Shown in pieces: positions 18,618 through 28,442 of a DNA stretch of 64,000 nucleotides. The notes under the pieces were generated by a model. That model did no database searches. It saw only the letters and a list, made by a program, of their open reading frames with translations, and was not told the origin of the DNA. Position numbers and translations under genes: made by a program. The first letter of the stretch is position 1. Every line of letters begins with the position of its first letter. The DNA is from Acidimicrobiia bacterium (lineage in GTDB: Bacteria > Actinomycetota > Acidimicrobiia > Spongiisociales > ZC4RG35), in the NCBI GenBank assembly GCA_041748855.1, contig JBGTCK010000038.1:78514-142513 (forward strand), written 5' to 3'.

Positions 18618-19928
18618 ATGGGACTCCAGGGAGAACAGACCAAAGAGTGGTTCACTAGGGCCAGGTCGACGCTGATCAACGGCGTCTCGAGCCAGTTCAG
18701 ATATTGGGGTGACGACGACACCATCGTTATCGACCATGGTGAAGCCGGCCACCTCTTCGATATGGACGGGAAGCGCTATATCGACTACCAGCTCGGGTTC
18801 GGTCCGATCATCCTCGGGCACGGCGATCCAGACGTCTCCTCGGCTGTTGCCGACGCTGCCGGAGAGGCCACCAGTTTCGCAATGACCCAACGCCGCGAGA
18901 TCGAGGCGGCGGAAAAGGTCATCGAAGCCCTGTCGTGGGCAGATGCGATGCGGTTCACCAACACCGGCACCGAGGCGACAATGCACGCTATCCGTCTGGC
19001 TCGGGGAGTGACCGGACGCGATATAGTCCTCAAATTCGAGGGCCAGTATCACGGAGTCCACGACTACGTGATGTTCTCGACCGCCTCCGCGCCCTATGAG
19101 GCCCTCGGATCGCGGTTCCGGCCGATTCCGGTCCAGTCGAGTTCGGGAATCCCGGACCAGATCCAGACGTATGTGCGGGTCCTCCCCTATAACGACCTCG
19201 AGCTTGCCGAGTCCCTCTTCAAACGGGAAGGCGACAGAATTGCCGCCGTGATCGTGGAGCCGATGCTCGGCAACACTTTCGGGATCCTTCCGGTGGACGG
19301 CTTCCTGGAAGGTCTCCGCAAGCTCACATCCGATGCCGGCGCCGCCTTGATCTTCGACGAAGTGAAAACCGGGTTCCGGGTCGCTCCCGGGGGTGCCTTT
19401 GAGTATTTCGGGGTGACCCCCGACATCGGGACCTACGCCAAGGCCATGGGCAACGGCTTTCCGGTGGCCGCGATCGCAAGCAAAGGTGATTACGTCGAAG
19501 GCTGGAAGCAGGGTGGGATCGCCCAGGCCGGCACCTACAGCGGAAACGGGATTGCTGCCGCTGCCGCCAACGCCACGGTCACCAAGTTGCTCACGGGCGA
19601 GCCGCTGGCGTCGGTGGAGAAGATCGGTCGCAGCCTGATGGACGGACTGGAGAAGGTCCTCGCTGACAAGGGCGTCGAGAGCAGGATCACCGGCGTTCCT
19701 GCGATGTTCTCTATCTTCCTCGGCTCCGGCGACATCAAGGAGTTCCGCGACGGGTCGCGTCACAATGAGGAGCTCTATGAGGACATCACGATGAAGATGA
19801 TCGCCAAAGGGGTCATGCCCTGTCCTGATGCCAAGGAGCCCTGGTTCGTCTGTGCTGCCCACACCGAGGACGATGTGGCGACAACGCTGCAGGTATTCGA
19901 AGAGTCGCTCGACGAAGCTCTCGACTAA
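18618..19928 (+). CDS. class III aminotransferase (glutamate-1-semialdehyde aminomutase-like)
   Basis: The start was set to the ATG at 18618 after GAGAGGAG. Motifs FTNTGTEATMHAIRLAR, IFDEVKTGFRV and TYAKAMGNGFP (PLP lysine). Confidence 0.85.
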   Translation: MGLQGEQTKEWFTRARSTLINGVSSQFRYWGDDDTIVIDHGEAGHLFDMDGKRYIDYQLGFGPIILGHGDPDVSSAVADAAGEATSFAMTQRREIEAAEKVIEALSWADAMRFTNTGTEATMHAIRLARGVTGRDIVLKFEGQYHGVHDYVMFSTASAPYEALGSRFRPIPVQSSSGIPDQIQTYVRVLPYNDLELAESLFKREGDRIAAVIVEPMLGNTFGILPVDGFLEGLRKLTSDAGAALIFDEVKTGFRVAPGGAFEYFGVTPDIGTYAKAMGNGFPVAAIASKGDYVEGWKQGGIAQAGTYSGNGIAAAAANATVTKLLTGEPLASVEKIGRSLMDGLEKVLADKGVESRITGVPAMFSIFLGSGDIKEFRDGSRHNEELYEDITMKMIAKGVMPCPDAKEPWFVCAAHTEDDVATTLQVFEESLDEALD

Positions 19929-20684
19929 GTGGCTGTCACAGTTGCGGTGTCAGGGGTCGGCGGGAAGCTGGCCACTCCGATTGTCGCCGCCGTCAGCCAG
20001 GCCTCCGACCTCGAACTGGTCGGCCTCTACAACCCCAACCGCGGCGGCTCGACTTTCGGAGATGTCGAGGTCAGCGACGATCCGGAGTCACTACAGGCTG
20101 ATGTGATCGTCGAAACGGCACATCCCGACAAGGTGTTTGCCAACCTCGAGGTCTGGAAGCGCTCGGGGATGGCGGCCGTGGTGGGAACTTCGGGTTTCAC
20201 CGAGGAGCGACTGGCGAGGCTGAGGGGACTATGGGGCGAGATCGGGCCAGCGTGTCTGGTGGTGCCCAACTTCTCGGTCGGGGCGGTGCTCATGATGGAA
20301 TTCGCCCGCACCGCTGCGAAACACTTCGAATCAGTGGAGATAATCGAGCGCCATCACTCGACGAAGCCAGATGCACCCTCGGGGACCTCGCTGGCAACTG
20401 CGATGGGTGTGGCCGGCAGCGGGGGCTCGTCTGTGGAAGGCTCCGAAGAACTCGTTCCCGGCGCCCGCGGTGCCGATGTAAGTGGGGTCCGTGTCCACTC
20501 GCTGCGGCTCCACGGGCTCATCGCCCAACAGGAAGTGGCGATGTCCAACACCGGAGAGGTCCTCTCCGTGGAGCACCTGTCCACTTCGTACGACTCCTTT
20601 GCCTCCGGTGCACTGCTCGCGATCAGACGTGTCGGTCAACTGAGTCCCGGCGTCCACTTGGGTTTGGCCACCCTCCTCGAATAG
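19929..20684 (+). CDS. dapB: 4-hydroxy-tetrahydrodipicolinate reductase
   Basis: Signature IIERHHSTKPDAPSGTS plus VVGTSGFT and VPNFSVGAVL. It is collinear with actinobacterial DapB. GTG start 1 nt after the upstream stop. Confidence 0.8.
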   Translation: MAVTVAVSGVGGKLATPIVAAVSQASDLELVGLYNPNRGGSTFGDVEVSDDPESLQADVIVETAHPDKVFANLEVWKRSGMAAVVGTSGFTEERLARLRGLWGEIGPACLVVPNFSVGAVLMMEFARTAAKHFESVEIIERHHSTKPDAPSGTSLATAMGVAGSGGSSVEGSEELVPGARGADVSGVRVHSLRLHGLIAQQEVAMSNTGEVLSVEHLSTSYDSFASGALLAIRRVGQLSPGVHLGLATLLE

Positions 20685-20693
20685 CGTCACGAC

Positions 20694-22325
20694 ATGGCAC
20701 AGATCCACGGAGGCCAGATCATCGCCCGGGCTCTCAAGGCGGAGGGCGTCGAGGCGATTTTCACCCTGACCGGGGGCCACATTCTGCCGATCCTCGATGG
20801 CTGTGTTCAGGAGGGGATCAGGGTCGTCGACGTCCGCCACGAACAGGCAGCTGCGCACGCCGCTGAGGCCTACACCCGCCTCACCGGCAGGCTCGGGGTC
20901 GCGGCAGTTACGGCGGGCCCGGGGGTAACCGACGCCATGACCGGCGTCGCCACCGCGTTCTACGGGAACACGCCCATGCTGGTGATCGGGGGCCGGCACA
21001 TGATCCGCCAGGAGCTGAAGGGTGGCCTCCAGGAGATGGACCACACCCGTCTCTTCCACTCCATCACGAGGTGGGCCGCAACTGCCTGGCAGGTCGACCG
21101 GCTCGCCGACTACATAGCGACGGCTGCCCGTCACGCCTTTTCCGGACGGGGTGGGCCGGTGTTTCTCGACATCCCCATGGACGTCCAGTTCGACATGGTC
21201 GAGGAGACTGCCGTTCGTTTCCCCGAGTCGTACCGCCCGAACACCTCGGCCGGCGCTGATCAGGGGACGCTCGACTCGATATTGGAGGCGTTGACCGCCT
21301 CTGAAAAGGTAATGGTGTTTGCCGGGGCCGGCGCCCGACCCGGCGACCACAACCGTCTCCGGGAACTGGCAGAGATTCTGAAAGCTCCGACGTTCGTAAA
21401 CAGCCGCGCCCGGGGTTCGCTGCCCTACGGTCACGATTTCCTTGGAAATCACGCTCGCTCTCAGGCAATGGCGGGTGCCGACGTCGTGCTGGCGTTGGGG
21501 ATCGACTGGGACTTCCGCACCTCCTACGGTGAGAAGATCTCCCGCGATGCAACGGTGATTCAGATCGATTCCGATCCGCACAAGGTGGGGTGGAACCGAG
21601 CGGCGCACATCGGAGTTGTCGCCGACCCGCTGGCAGTGGTCTCCCAATTGGTGGATAGGGCCTCAGTGATTGGCCGAACCGGCGTTCCGGTCTGGACTAA
21701 GGAGATCATGGACCTCGAGCAGGAACGCGGCGAAGCGGCGATGAAGGAGTCGGGGGACGACTCGTCCCCGGTCATGCCCCAGCGCTTCGCCCGCGAGGTC
21801 GCTGACTTCTTCGGCACCGACTCGATCGTCGCCGTCGATGGGGGAGACATAGTCTCGACCACCGCCCGCTGGCTGCAGGTTTCGACCGCGGGCCACGTGC
21901 TCGACCCGGGACCGTTCGGAACTCTGGGGACCGGTGCGCCTTACGCCTTGGCTGCTGCGGTTGCCCACCCCGAAAAGATGGTGGGCGTGGTGTTCGGTGA
22001 CGGTGGGTTTGGTTTCAATGCAATGGAGTACGACACCATGGTCCGCCTCGGGCTCCCCATCATCGGGGTCATCGGCAACGACGGGGTCTGGTCGAACATC
22101 AAGACATTTCACCGGATGGCCTACCCGGAACGGTTGGTGGCAACAGATCTCGGAATCCGGCCGTACCACGAAATGGTCCGTGGACTGGGGGGCCATGGCG
22201 AATTCGTCGACCAACCCGACCAGATCCGCCCTGCCCTGGAGCGGGCGAGGGAGTCGGGCTTGCCTGCGCTGGTCAACGTCCATATCGCCGAGACGATGAG
22301 GATGTCGTCGAACTATTCGCAGTAG
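20694..22325 (+). CDS. thiamine-diphosphate-dependent enzyme (acetolactate synthase / oxalyl-CoA decarboxylase-like)
   Basis: N-terminal PYR domain (RHEQAAAHAAEAYTRLTG..TAGPGVTDA) and C-terminal PP domain GDGGFGFNAMEYDT..NDG. Confidence 0.85.
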   Translation: MAQIHGGQIIARALKAEGVEAIFTLTGGHILPILDGCVQEGIRVVDVRHEQAAAHAAEAYTRLTGRLGVAAVTAGPGVTDAMTGVATAFYGNTPMLVIGGRHMIRQELKGGLQEMDHTRLFHSITRWAATAWQVDRLADYIATAARHAFSGRGGPVFLDIPMDVQFDMVEETAVRFPESYRPNTSAGADQGTLDSILEALTASEKVMVFAGAGARPGDHNRLRELAEILKAPTFVNSRARGSLPYGHDFLGNHARSQAMAGADVVLALGIDWDFRTSYGEKISRDATVIQIDSDPHKVGWNRAAHIGVVADPLAVVSQLVDRASVIGRTGVPVWTKEIMDLEQERGEAAMKESGDDSSPVMPQRFAREVADFFGTDSIVAVDGGDIVSTTARWLQVSTAGHVLDPGPFGTLGTGAPYALAAAVAHPEKMVGVVFGDGGFGFNAMEYDTMVRLGLPIIGVIGNDGVWSNIKTFHRMAYPERLVATDLGIRPYHEMVRGLGGHGEFVDQPDQIRPALERARESGLPALVNVHIAETMRMSSNYSQ

Positions 22326-22492
22326 GTCTCCAGTGCTCTGGCCAGTGACGATGCGATGTTCAGGGCGAGTCAGGGGCGTCGTCCAGCAAGGAGGCAGGAC
22401 GAAGGCGCACCGGGCCGTTCGTTGAGGACGAGGACGCAGCTGGCGGCGTCATCTGGCCGTCCTGAACGCGGTAAACGTCGCTGGTCGGGGCA

Positions 22493-23266
22493 CTAAAGCC
22501 AGAGGATGGCGACGGATCCGATCAGGAAGCAGTAGACAGCGAAGGGAGCCAACCCGACCTTGCGCAATGCGGCGAGGAGGAGGGCGATGGCCGCGTATCC
22601 GGAGACTGCTGCGACCAGAGTGCCCACGAACAGTGGTCCGGCGGCGGTGCCGGTGCCGTCGAGCTCGAGCAGCTGGGAGAGGCCACCGCCGGCAATGGCA
22701 GGGATCCCGAGGAGGAACGAGAAACGCGCCGCCTCGGAAGGTGAGAACCCACGACCGTTCCCTGCAGCAATTGTGATGCCCGAGCGGGATATCCCCGGGA
22801 TCAAGGCAAACATCTGAGCCACGCCCACCACCACTGCATCGGGAACCCGTCCTTCGCTGAGGGTTCGGAGCCCGGTGGCGAGCTTCTGGCCGACGAGAAG
22901 GATCAGGCCGGTGGCGATCAATGCCCACCCGACATTGGCCACCGTGTCCTGGAACGAGTCGAGGGTGTCGGCGAGAGGTAGGCCGACCAGGGCGGGGAGG
23001 GTCCCGATGCCGACGAGGAGGGCAATCTTGCGCCCTTCGGGCTCGGTACGGAACCGGAGGACCTTGAGGATGTCCTCCCGGAAATAGATCAGAACTGCGA
23101 CGAGGGTTCCCAGATGTAGAACTGCCGTCACCGCAAGGTCGGGTTGTTCAATATCCATCCCCAACCGGGAGAGCAGGGCCGGTATGACGACGAGATGGCC
23201 CGACGAAGAAACGGGAAGGAATTCGGTCAGGCCCTGGATCAGGCCCCAGATGATGGCTGCGAGCAC
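22493..23266 (-). CDS. uppP: undecaprenyl-diphosphate phosphatase
   Basis: GLTEFLPVSSSGHL and PGISRSGITI motifs with 8 TM helices. Confidence 0.9.
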   Translation of the reverse strand: MLAAIIWGLIQGLTEFLPVSSSGHLVVIPALLSRLGMDIEQPDLAVTAVLHLGTLVAVLIYFREDILKVLRFRTEPEGRKIALLVGIGTLPALVGLPLADTLDSFQDTVANVGWALIATGLILLVGQKLATGLRTLSEGRVPDAVVVGVAQMFALIPGISRSGITIAAGNGRGFSPSEAARFSFLLGIPAIAGGGLSQLLELDGTGTAAGPLFVGTLVAAVSGYAAIALLLAALRKVGLAPFAVYCFLIGSVAILWL

Positions 23267-23282
23267 GGGTGCACGGTAGTTG

Positions 23283-23792
23283 TCATCCCGAGGAGACGAG
23301 CACTATCACCCGGCCGTTCGCAGAGGCGGCTGCGACGGCCACTGCCTGGTCAGGTGGGATCGCAACGGAGCCCAACCCGTTTCCGAGCGGATCGTCGTCG
23401 GCAACGGCCCGTATCGTCCCAGCGACGGCAATCCCGGTGTCGATGAGGACGAGCTGAACGGGGTCGCCCACTCTGGCGGTGCGGGGCACCGCGATTTCGA
23501 GATCCCACCATCCCGGAGCGGAAGGAGTGTCTTCGGTCCCTATCCCTCCGGGAGTGATTGGCTCGTCCGGCAGGAAGGTCCGGTTGGCGACACCGTACGC
23601 GTCGACCCGGGGAAGGAGCCCTGAAGGCACGAGACGCATCTCGACAACGTCCTCACTCAACTCGCTGCCAGGAGCGATGGTCTCGATAGCAAACGGGTGC
23701 TCGACCATCCCGTCACCCCTGAACTCGGTCCACAAAGCGGCGACGGCGATGGTGACGGCGACCGTCCAGCGGATCCATTGCGGTCCCTGCAT
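23283..23792 (-). CDS. membrane-anchored SAF-domain-like protein (hypothetical)
   Basis: N-terminal TM helix (WTVAVTIAVAALW) then a beta-rich body resembling SAF/CpaB N-terminal domains. The start was chosen at the internal ATG. Confidence 0.45.
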   Translation of the reverse strand: MQGPQWIRWTVAVTIAVAALWTEFRGDGMVEHPFAIETIAPGSELSEDVVEMRLVPSGLLPRVDAYGVANRTFLPDEPITPGGIGTEDTPSAPGWWDLEIAVPRTARVGDPVQLVLIDTGIAVAGTIRAVADDDPLGNGLGSVAIPPDQAVAVAAASANGRVIVLVSSG

Positions 23793-24013
23793 CCAGATCA
23801 CACCCCAAAGGTATGTCCTGCGCCGTCCCCCCGCTAGTGGTACGTCGCCCAAATATTGTTGGCGTCTCTCCGGCCCTCGTCGCCCCTGGCTGCGTCAAAA
23901 ATGCTCACCGCAGCTCCCCGGCTGCGACTGCGCTTTTCTCCTTGCCAGATGACGCCGATGACTCGGAGGTACGCGCATCCTATTTAACCGACACACCACA
24001 TGGGGTTGTCAGG

Positions 24014-24355
24014 TCAGTCCTTGTTCGAACTGCCGGAGGAGTCCTTGGATGCGGCGGTCGTCTTCTTGGTGTCGGACTTTCCGTTTTCGGATTTCGAAGA
24101 CTTGGATGTCTCGCCTTTGTCGTTCGAAGATTTGGACTCGCTCTTCTCGCCCTTCTCGCTCTTCTCACCCGAGGAGCCGGTCCTGGAGTCGGTCTTGTAG
24201 AAGCCAGAACCTTTGAACACCACTCCGCGCGCGTGAAATACCTTCTTCAACTCGCCGCCGCATTCGGCGTGTTTTTTCAGCGGCCGGGCGTTGAAGGACT
24301 GGAAGACCTCGATGTTGTCGCCGCAGGACTTGCAGGCGTATTCGTATGTAGGCAT
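24014..24355 (-). CDS. FmdB-family zinc-ribbon regulatory protein with S/K/E-rich tail
   Basis: MPTYEYACKSCG..(20 aa)..ECGGEL is the canonical FmdB CxxC...CxxC ribbon. The upstream part of the tracked ORF was discarded. Confidence 0.75.
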   Translation of the reverse strand: MPTYEYACKSCGDNIEVFQSFNARPLKKHAECGGELKKVFHARGVVFKGSGFYKTDSRTGSSGEKSEKGEKSESKSSNDKGETSKSSKSENGKSDTKKTTAASKDSSGSSNKD

Positions 24356-24452
24356 GGGTTGATTGGCCTGGATTGGATAGGAGACCGCCTGCGAATTGTA
24401 CCGGCATCGGGGAGGCAAGTACGAGTTGGCCGGTGGCGTAAGATGGCTCCCG

Positions 24453-25046
24453 ATGTCTCTTGCTATCGCCATTGCTGCCGCGTACATCGTGGGGAGCATC
24501 GATTTCGCAGTTGTGGTCGGCCGGATGCACGGCATCGACATCCACAAGGTGGGGAGCGGCAACCCCGGAGCGTCAAATGTGCTGCGCACTCTCGGGAAAG
24601 TGCCCGCAGCGATGGTCTTTGTCGGCGACATGTTGAAAGGCACTGTCGGGGCGGCGATGGGCATGATCGCCTCAGGCACATCTAATCCGACGGTCCACTG
24701 GGCTGTTCTCGCCGGACTCGCTGCTGTGATCGGTCACTGCTATCCGATCTTCCACAGATTCAAGGGCGGCAAAGGCGTCGCCACCGCGGGTGGGGTGATG
24801 TTGTGGGTCGTTCCTCTGGTAGCAATAGGGAGTGCACTGCTCTGGGCATTGATCGTGAAGCTGACCAAGACCGCCTCGATCGGTTCGCTGGTATTGGCCG
24901 TGATCACTTTGCCTCTGGCTATGTGGCGCGGGGTCGAGGGTTTGGCGCTCCTCTGGCTGGGCATCATGATCCTGCTCGTGGTTTGGCGGCATCGTGGCAA
25001 CATCGGGCGAATGATCAGAGGAAGCGAACAGAAAGTCCCTGCATGA
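24453..25046 (+). CDS. plsY: glycerol-3-phosphate acyltransferase PlsY
   Basis: GSIDFAVVVGR..GSGNPGASNVLR..HCYPIFHRFKGGKGVAT motifs. Start at the ATG at 24453. Confidence 0.9.
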   Translation: MSLAIAIAAAYIVGSIDFAVVVGRMHGIDIHKVGSGNPGASNVLRTLGKVPAAMVFVGDMLKGTVGAAMGMIASGTSNPTVHWAVLAGLAAVIGHCYPIFHRFKGGKGVATAGGVMLWVVPLVAIGSALLWALIVKLTKTASIGSLVLAVITLPLAMWRGVEGLALLWLGIMILLVVWRHRGNIGRMIRGSEQKVPA

Positions 25047-25858
25047 GTATCGAAGTGGCAGTTATCCCGGCAGCAGGCCGCGGAACGAGAATGAGACCGG
25101 CAACCCGGGTTGTTCCCAAGGCCCTGCTCGGTGTTGTCGATCGCCCCGCCATCCAGTACGGCGTTGAAGAGGCGGCCCGGGCCGGGGCGAAGGAGGCGGT
25201 GGTCGTGGTCGACCTCGACACCGGCCATCTCATCTCACAACACTTCAGCCTCGAAGGTTCCCTCCCAGGCCTCGAGGACATACGGATCCGTCCCGCCGTC
25301 CAGGAGGAGCCGCTCGGTTTGGGCCATGCCGTCTGGGAGGCGCGGGAGATGGTTCGGGATCGGCCCTTTTTCTGCATTCTCTCCGACAACATCGTCCGGC
25401 CGGGCCACGACGTCCTCCCCGCGATGGCACAGGGTTCAAGAGATGGCGAGGTCTCGGTGGTCTGCCTGCGTGAATATGGAGACGAGTACCTGGAGAAATA
25501 CGGGTTCGTCATTCCCGCGTCCGATGTCGAAGACGGATATCTCGACCTTTCCGGTGCGGTCGAGAAGCCGGGCAAGGAGCGCGCTCCGTCGAATCTGGGT
25601 TTGGTCGGCCGTTACATCTTCACGCCCGAGATCTTCGGCATCCTCGAGGAGACCAAGCCGGGGGCCCTCGATGAGATCCAGCTGACAGATGGCATCCACG
25701 AGCTGGGGACGAGGGGACGGCTCCGGGGCTATGTTGCCGACACCGACTTGCTCGATGTGGGAACTCCCGCGGGCCTCCTCAAGGCGACCGTCGAACTCGG
25801 CTTGCATCAGTTCGGATCCGACTTTCAGGACTTCCTGGACGACCTGGCCGGTCGGTGA
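25043..25858 (+). CDS. galU: UTP--glucose-1-phosphate uridylyltransferase
   Basis: AVIPAAGRGTRMRPATRVVPKALL is a nucleotidyltransferase signature. Its ATGA overlaps the plsY stop. Confidence 0.85.
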   Translation: MSIEVAVIPAAGRGTRMRPATRVVPKALLGVVDRPAIQYGVEEAARAGAKEAVVVVDLDTGHLISQHFSLEGSLPGLEDIRIRPAVQEEPLGLGHAVWEAREMVRDRPFFCILSDNIVRPGHDVLPAMAQGSRDGEVSVVCLREYGDEYLEKYGFVIPASDVEDGYLDLSGAVEKPGKERAPSNLGLVGRYIFTPEIFGILEETKPGALDEIQLTDGIHELGTRGRLRGYVADTDLLDVGTPAGLLKATVELGLHQFGSDFQDFLDDLAGR

Positions 25859-27081
25859 AACCACTTGAACTCGCCCAGGCCGAGGTGCTCGGCTCGATGC
25901 GGCACTCCGGTGCGGAGACCATCGAGCTGATCGACGCCGTGGGCAGGGTCCTTGCGTCCGATATCGAAGCCCGGGAGGCAGTTCCGCACTTCCCCAACTC
26001 TGCGATGGACGGGTATGCGGTCCAATCCGAAGATGTGGCCAAAGAGGGTGCGATGTTGCGAGTGGTCGGCGAGATCGCAGCCGGCAGCCCGTCGGACGCA
26101 ACGTTGCAGTCCGGCTGTGCGATGAAGATTATGACCGGCGCCCCGATTCCGGCCGGTGCCGACACTGTGGTGAAGGTGGAGGACACGGAGCGTCTCGATG
26201 ACGTTGTGAAAATCCAGGTGGCGGTTCCTGGTGGAACTTCGGTGAGGCCCGCGGGAGACGATATCGCCGAGGGGGCCATGGTCTTCGAACGGGGCGTCCG
26301 GCTGCAGAGCACACATCTTGCAGTGATGGCAACGGTGGGTGCCTCTCGCCCTTCGGTTGCGCGCCGGCCCCGTGTTGCGTTGTTCTCGACGGGTGACGAA
26401 CTGGCCTCACCGTCGGCGGCAACGCTCGTGCCCGGCCAGATTCGCGACTCGAACCGGGTGATGCTTCGGTCTCTGCTCTCAGACGTGGCCACCGTGCTCG
26501 ACGAAGGAATAATCCGTGACGATCCGGTCGCTCTCAGGGCCGGGTTCGGCAGGGCCGCGGCCGGTGCCGACGCGATCGTCGCTTCAGGAGGGGTGTCTAT
26601 GGGCGACCACGATCACGTCCGCAAGATCCTCGGCGATATGGGAAGCATCGACTTCTGGCAGGTGGCAATCAAGCCAGCAAAGCCGTTTGCATTCGGCCAG
26701 ATCGGAGGCGTCCCGTTTTTCGGACTACCCGGCAACCCCGTGTCGGCATTCATCGCGTTCGAACAGCTGGTGCGTCCGGCTCTTCTCGAAATGCAGGGGG
26801 CGTTGGTCCACTTCCGGCCCCTGATCCGTGCCACGGCCGGCGCGAAGATCGGAAGCGATCCGGACCGCCTCGAATTCGTCAGGGTCAGTTTGCGGATCGA
26901 CGAGAGGGCAAGGCTGGTGGCATCGCCCTCCGGCGGCCAGGGCTCACACATGCTTGCGGCCCTCGCCGCGGCAGACGGATTGGCCCGGATCCCGGTTGGT
27001 GAGTCCGGCGTCAAGGCGGGCCAGGGCCTCGATGTCGAGATGTTCCGCAACCCCGAGACAAGGAGATGGGAACGTGACTGA
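25855..27081 (+). CDS. moeA: molybdopterin molybdotransferase
   Basis: MoeA blocks FPNSAMDGYAV, TGAPIPAGADTVV, SGGVSMGDHD and GLPGNPVS. It overlaps galU by 4 nt. Confidence 0.85.
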   Translation: MKPLELAQAEVLGSMRHSGAETIELIDAVGRVLASDIEAREAVPHFPNSAMDGYAVQSEDVAKEGAMLRVVGEIAAGSPSDATLQSGCAMKIMTGAPIPAGADTVVKVEDTERLDDVVKIQVAVPGGTSVRPAGDDIAEGAMVFERGVRLQSTHLAVMATVGASRPSVARRPRVALFSTGDELASPSAATLVPGQIRDSNRVMLRSLLSDVATVLDEGIIRDDPVALRAGFGRAAAGADAIVASGGVSMGDHDHVRKILGDMGSIDFWQVAIKPAKPFAFGQIGGVPFFGLPGNPVSAFIAFEQLVRPALLEMQGALVHFRPLIRATAGAKIGSDPDRLEFVRVSLRIDERARLVASPSGGQGSHMLAALAAADGLARIPVGESGVKAGQGLDVEMFRNPETRRWERD

Positions 27082-27088
27082 GGAGAAG

Positions 27089-27550
27089 ATGAGCCATCTC
27101 AACGACAGGGGAGAGGTGCACATGGTGGATGTGGGCGACAAACCCATCACCCGCCGCGAGGCCACCGCCGAAGCCGAGGTGCGGATGTCCGAAGACCTGG
27201 TCTCCCGCTTCTTCGACGGAGACCTCCCCAAAGGAGACGCAGCTGCGGTGGCCCGGGTGGCGGGGATCATGGCCGCCAAGAAGACCCATGAACTGATCCC
27301 TCTCTGTCATCCGCTGCCCATTTCGGGAGTGGAGATATCGATGGAGTCGAATGGGCATGGGATCAGAGTGCTCACTAAAGTAAGCACTGACAGCCGCACC
27401 GGTGTGGAAATGGAAGCACTGACCGCGGTGTCGGTCGCTGCTTTGACCATCTACGACATGGTCAAAGGACTCGATAGAAATGTGGAGATCGCAAACATCC
27501 GTCTTCTCAAGAAGGCGGGCGGCCGTTCCGGTACCTGGGAGCGGTCTTGA
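27089..27550 (+). CDS. moaC: cyclic pyranopterin monophosphate synthase
   Basis: HMVDVGDKPITRREA..THELIPLCHPLPI..TGVEMEALTAVSVAALTIYDM. Alternative GTG start at 27074 overlapping the moeA stop. Confidence 0.9.
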   Translation: MSHLNDRGEVHMVDVGDKPITRREATAEAEVRMSEDLVSRFFDGDLPKGDAAAVARVAGIMAAKKTHELIPLCHPLPISGVEISMESNGHGIRVLTKVSTDSRTGVEMEALTAVSVAALTIYDMVKGLDRNVEIANIRLLKKAGGRSGTWERS

Positions 27551-27610
27551 ATCGTTGGAAGTAGCGGGTTTGCTCGCTACTCTTCGCCACGGACGGAGTG
27601 AATAGGAGCA

Positions 27611-28051
27611 ATGGAAACCCCACTGATAGTTGGCTTGCTGGTTATAGCCGCAGTCTGGAGTATCTACCTGCTTCCTTCGGTGTTCGGTGACCGCCGCGAG
27701 GCGGCGCTGCACTCTGCTGAGGAGTTCGACCGCTTCACCCATCTCATGGCAGATGTGCAGAAGCGTTCCCGCAGTGAAATCGTCCCCGAATCACGTAACA
27801 CGGTGAGAGGGAGACGTAGGGTCGTCCTCGGTGTCCTGGTGGTGGCCGCGATGGCAACGGCTGCAGCGGCGTTCTTTCAATCGTCATTGGGTTGGCTTCT
27901 GGTCCACCTGTTTGTCGACGGTCTGCTCTTCCTCTACATCGCAGCTCTAGCCCAGGTGAAGCAGCGTCGTGAGTACCGGCTCAAGGTCACCCACGTCTCC
28001 GAGCAACGGCCTGACTTCGAAGAGCCTCAAATCAAGGTCATTGCCAACTAA
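27611..28051 (+). CDS. hypothetical membrane protein
   Basis: 146 aa with three hydrophobic helices. No family recognised. Confidence 0.55.
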   Translation: METPLIVGLLVIAAVWSIYLLPSVFGDRREAALHSAEEFDRFTHLMADVQKRSRSEIVPESRNTVRGRRRVVLGVLVVAAMATAAAAFFQSSLGWLLVHLFVDGLLFLYIAALAQVKQRREYRLKVTHVSEQRPDFEEPQIKVIAN

Positions 28052-28102
28052 TCCCGGGTGGGGTATCCCACCTGTCGCCTCTAGAATCGTCTTTCCCGTC
28101 AT

Positions 28103-28176
28103 GGGGCTGTAGCTCAGCCTGGCAGAGCACCTCGTTCGCAACGAGGGGGTCGGGGGTTCAAGTCCCCCCAGCTCCA
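28103..28176 (+). tRNA. tRNA-Ala (anticodon CGC)
   Basis: Hand-folded cloverleaf. Acceptor GGGGCTG/CAGCTCC has the G3:U70 Ala identity pair, the anticodon loop is ttCGCaa, the T-arm is GGGGG-TTCAAGT-CCCCC, and CCA is not encoded. Confidence 0.9.
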
Positions 28177-28442
28177 CCCTTCTTTTGATGTCACCCATCT
28201 GGAACTGAGCGTCCCAAGCTTCAGCGGCTGGCGCGAAAAGGATCAGAATCCGTTTGATGGGGGTTTTGCCGGGTGCCGCTCGGGGTAGACCGTGGCGATG
28301 TTCAGTTCACAGACAGATGATTTCTTCGACAGACCGGCGACAGCCGAGACCGGAGCGGTGCCCGCCTGGCTGGCTTTGCTGCCTGGTTATCTGCTGATTG
28401 CCTGGGCGCTAGTCAGAGCCTTTTAACAGCAGCACAGTGGCG

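Noticed and set aside
24014-24200. Periodic-looking low-complexity DNA (gaagacttggat..., ctcttctcgcc...) that might suggest a short tandem repeat or CRISPR-like array.
   Set aside because: It encodes the S/K/E/G-rich C-terminal tail of the FmdB-like zinc-ribbon protein. There are no regular repeat-spacer units.
27947-28198. ORFs overlapping tRNA-Ala (27947-28198) and tRNA-Gln (38253-38627 cluster), and the PRQDSNLRT-type ORF over the tRNA-Arg-like gene (46671-46961).
   Set aside because: They are translations of tRNA genes or their complements, not coding sequence.
28298-28426. 42-aa ORF (MFSSQTDDFFDRPATAETGAVPAWLALLPGYLLIAWALVRAF) downstream of tRNA-Ala with a C-terminal hydrophobic helix.
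   Set aside because: It is too short and has no visible RBS or homology. It cannot be supported from sequence alone.
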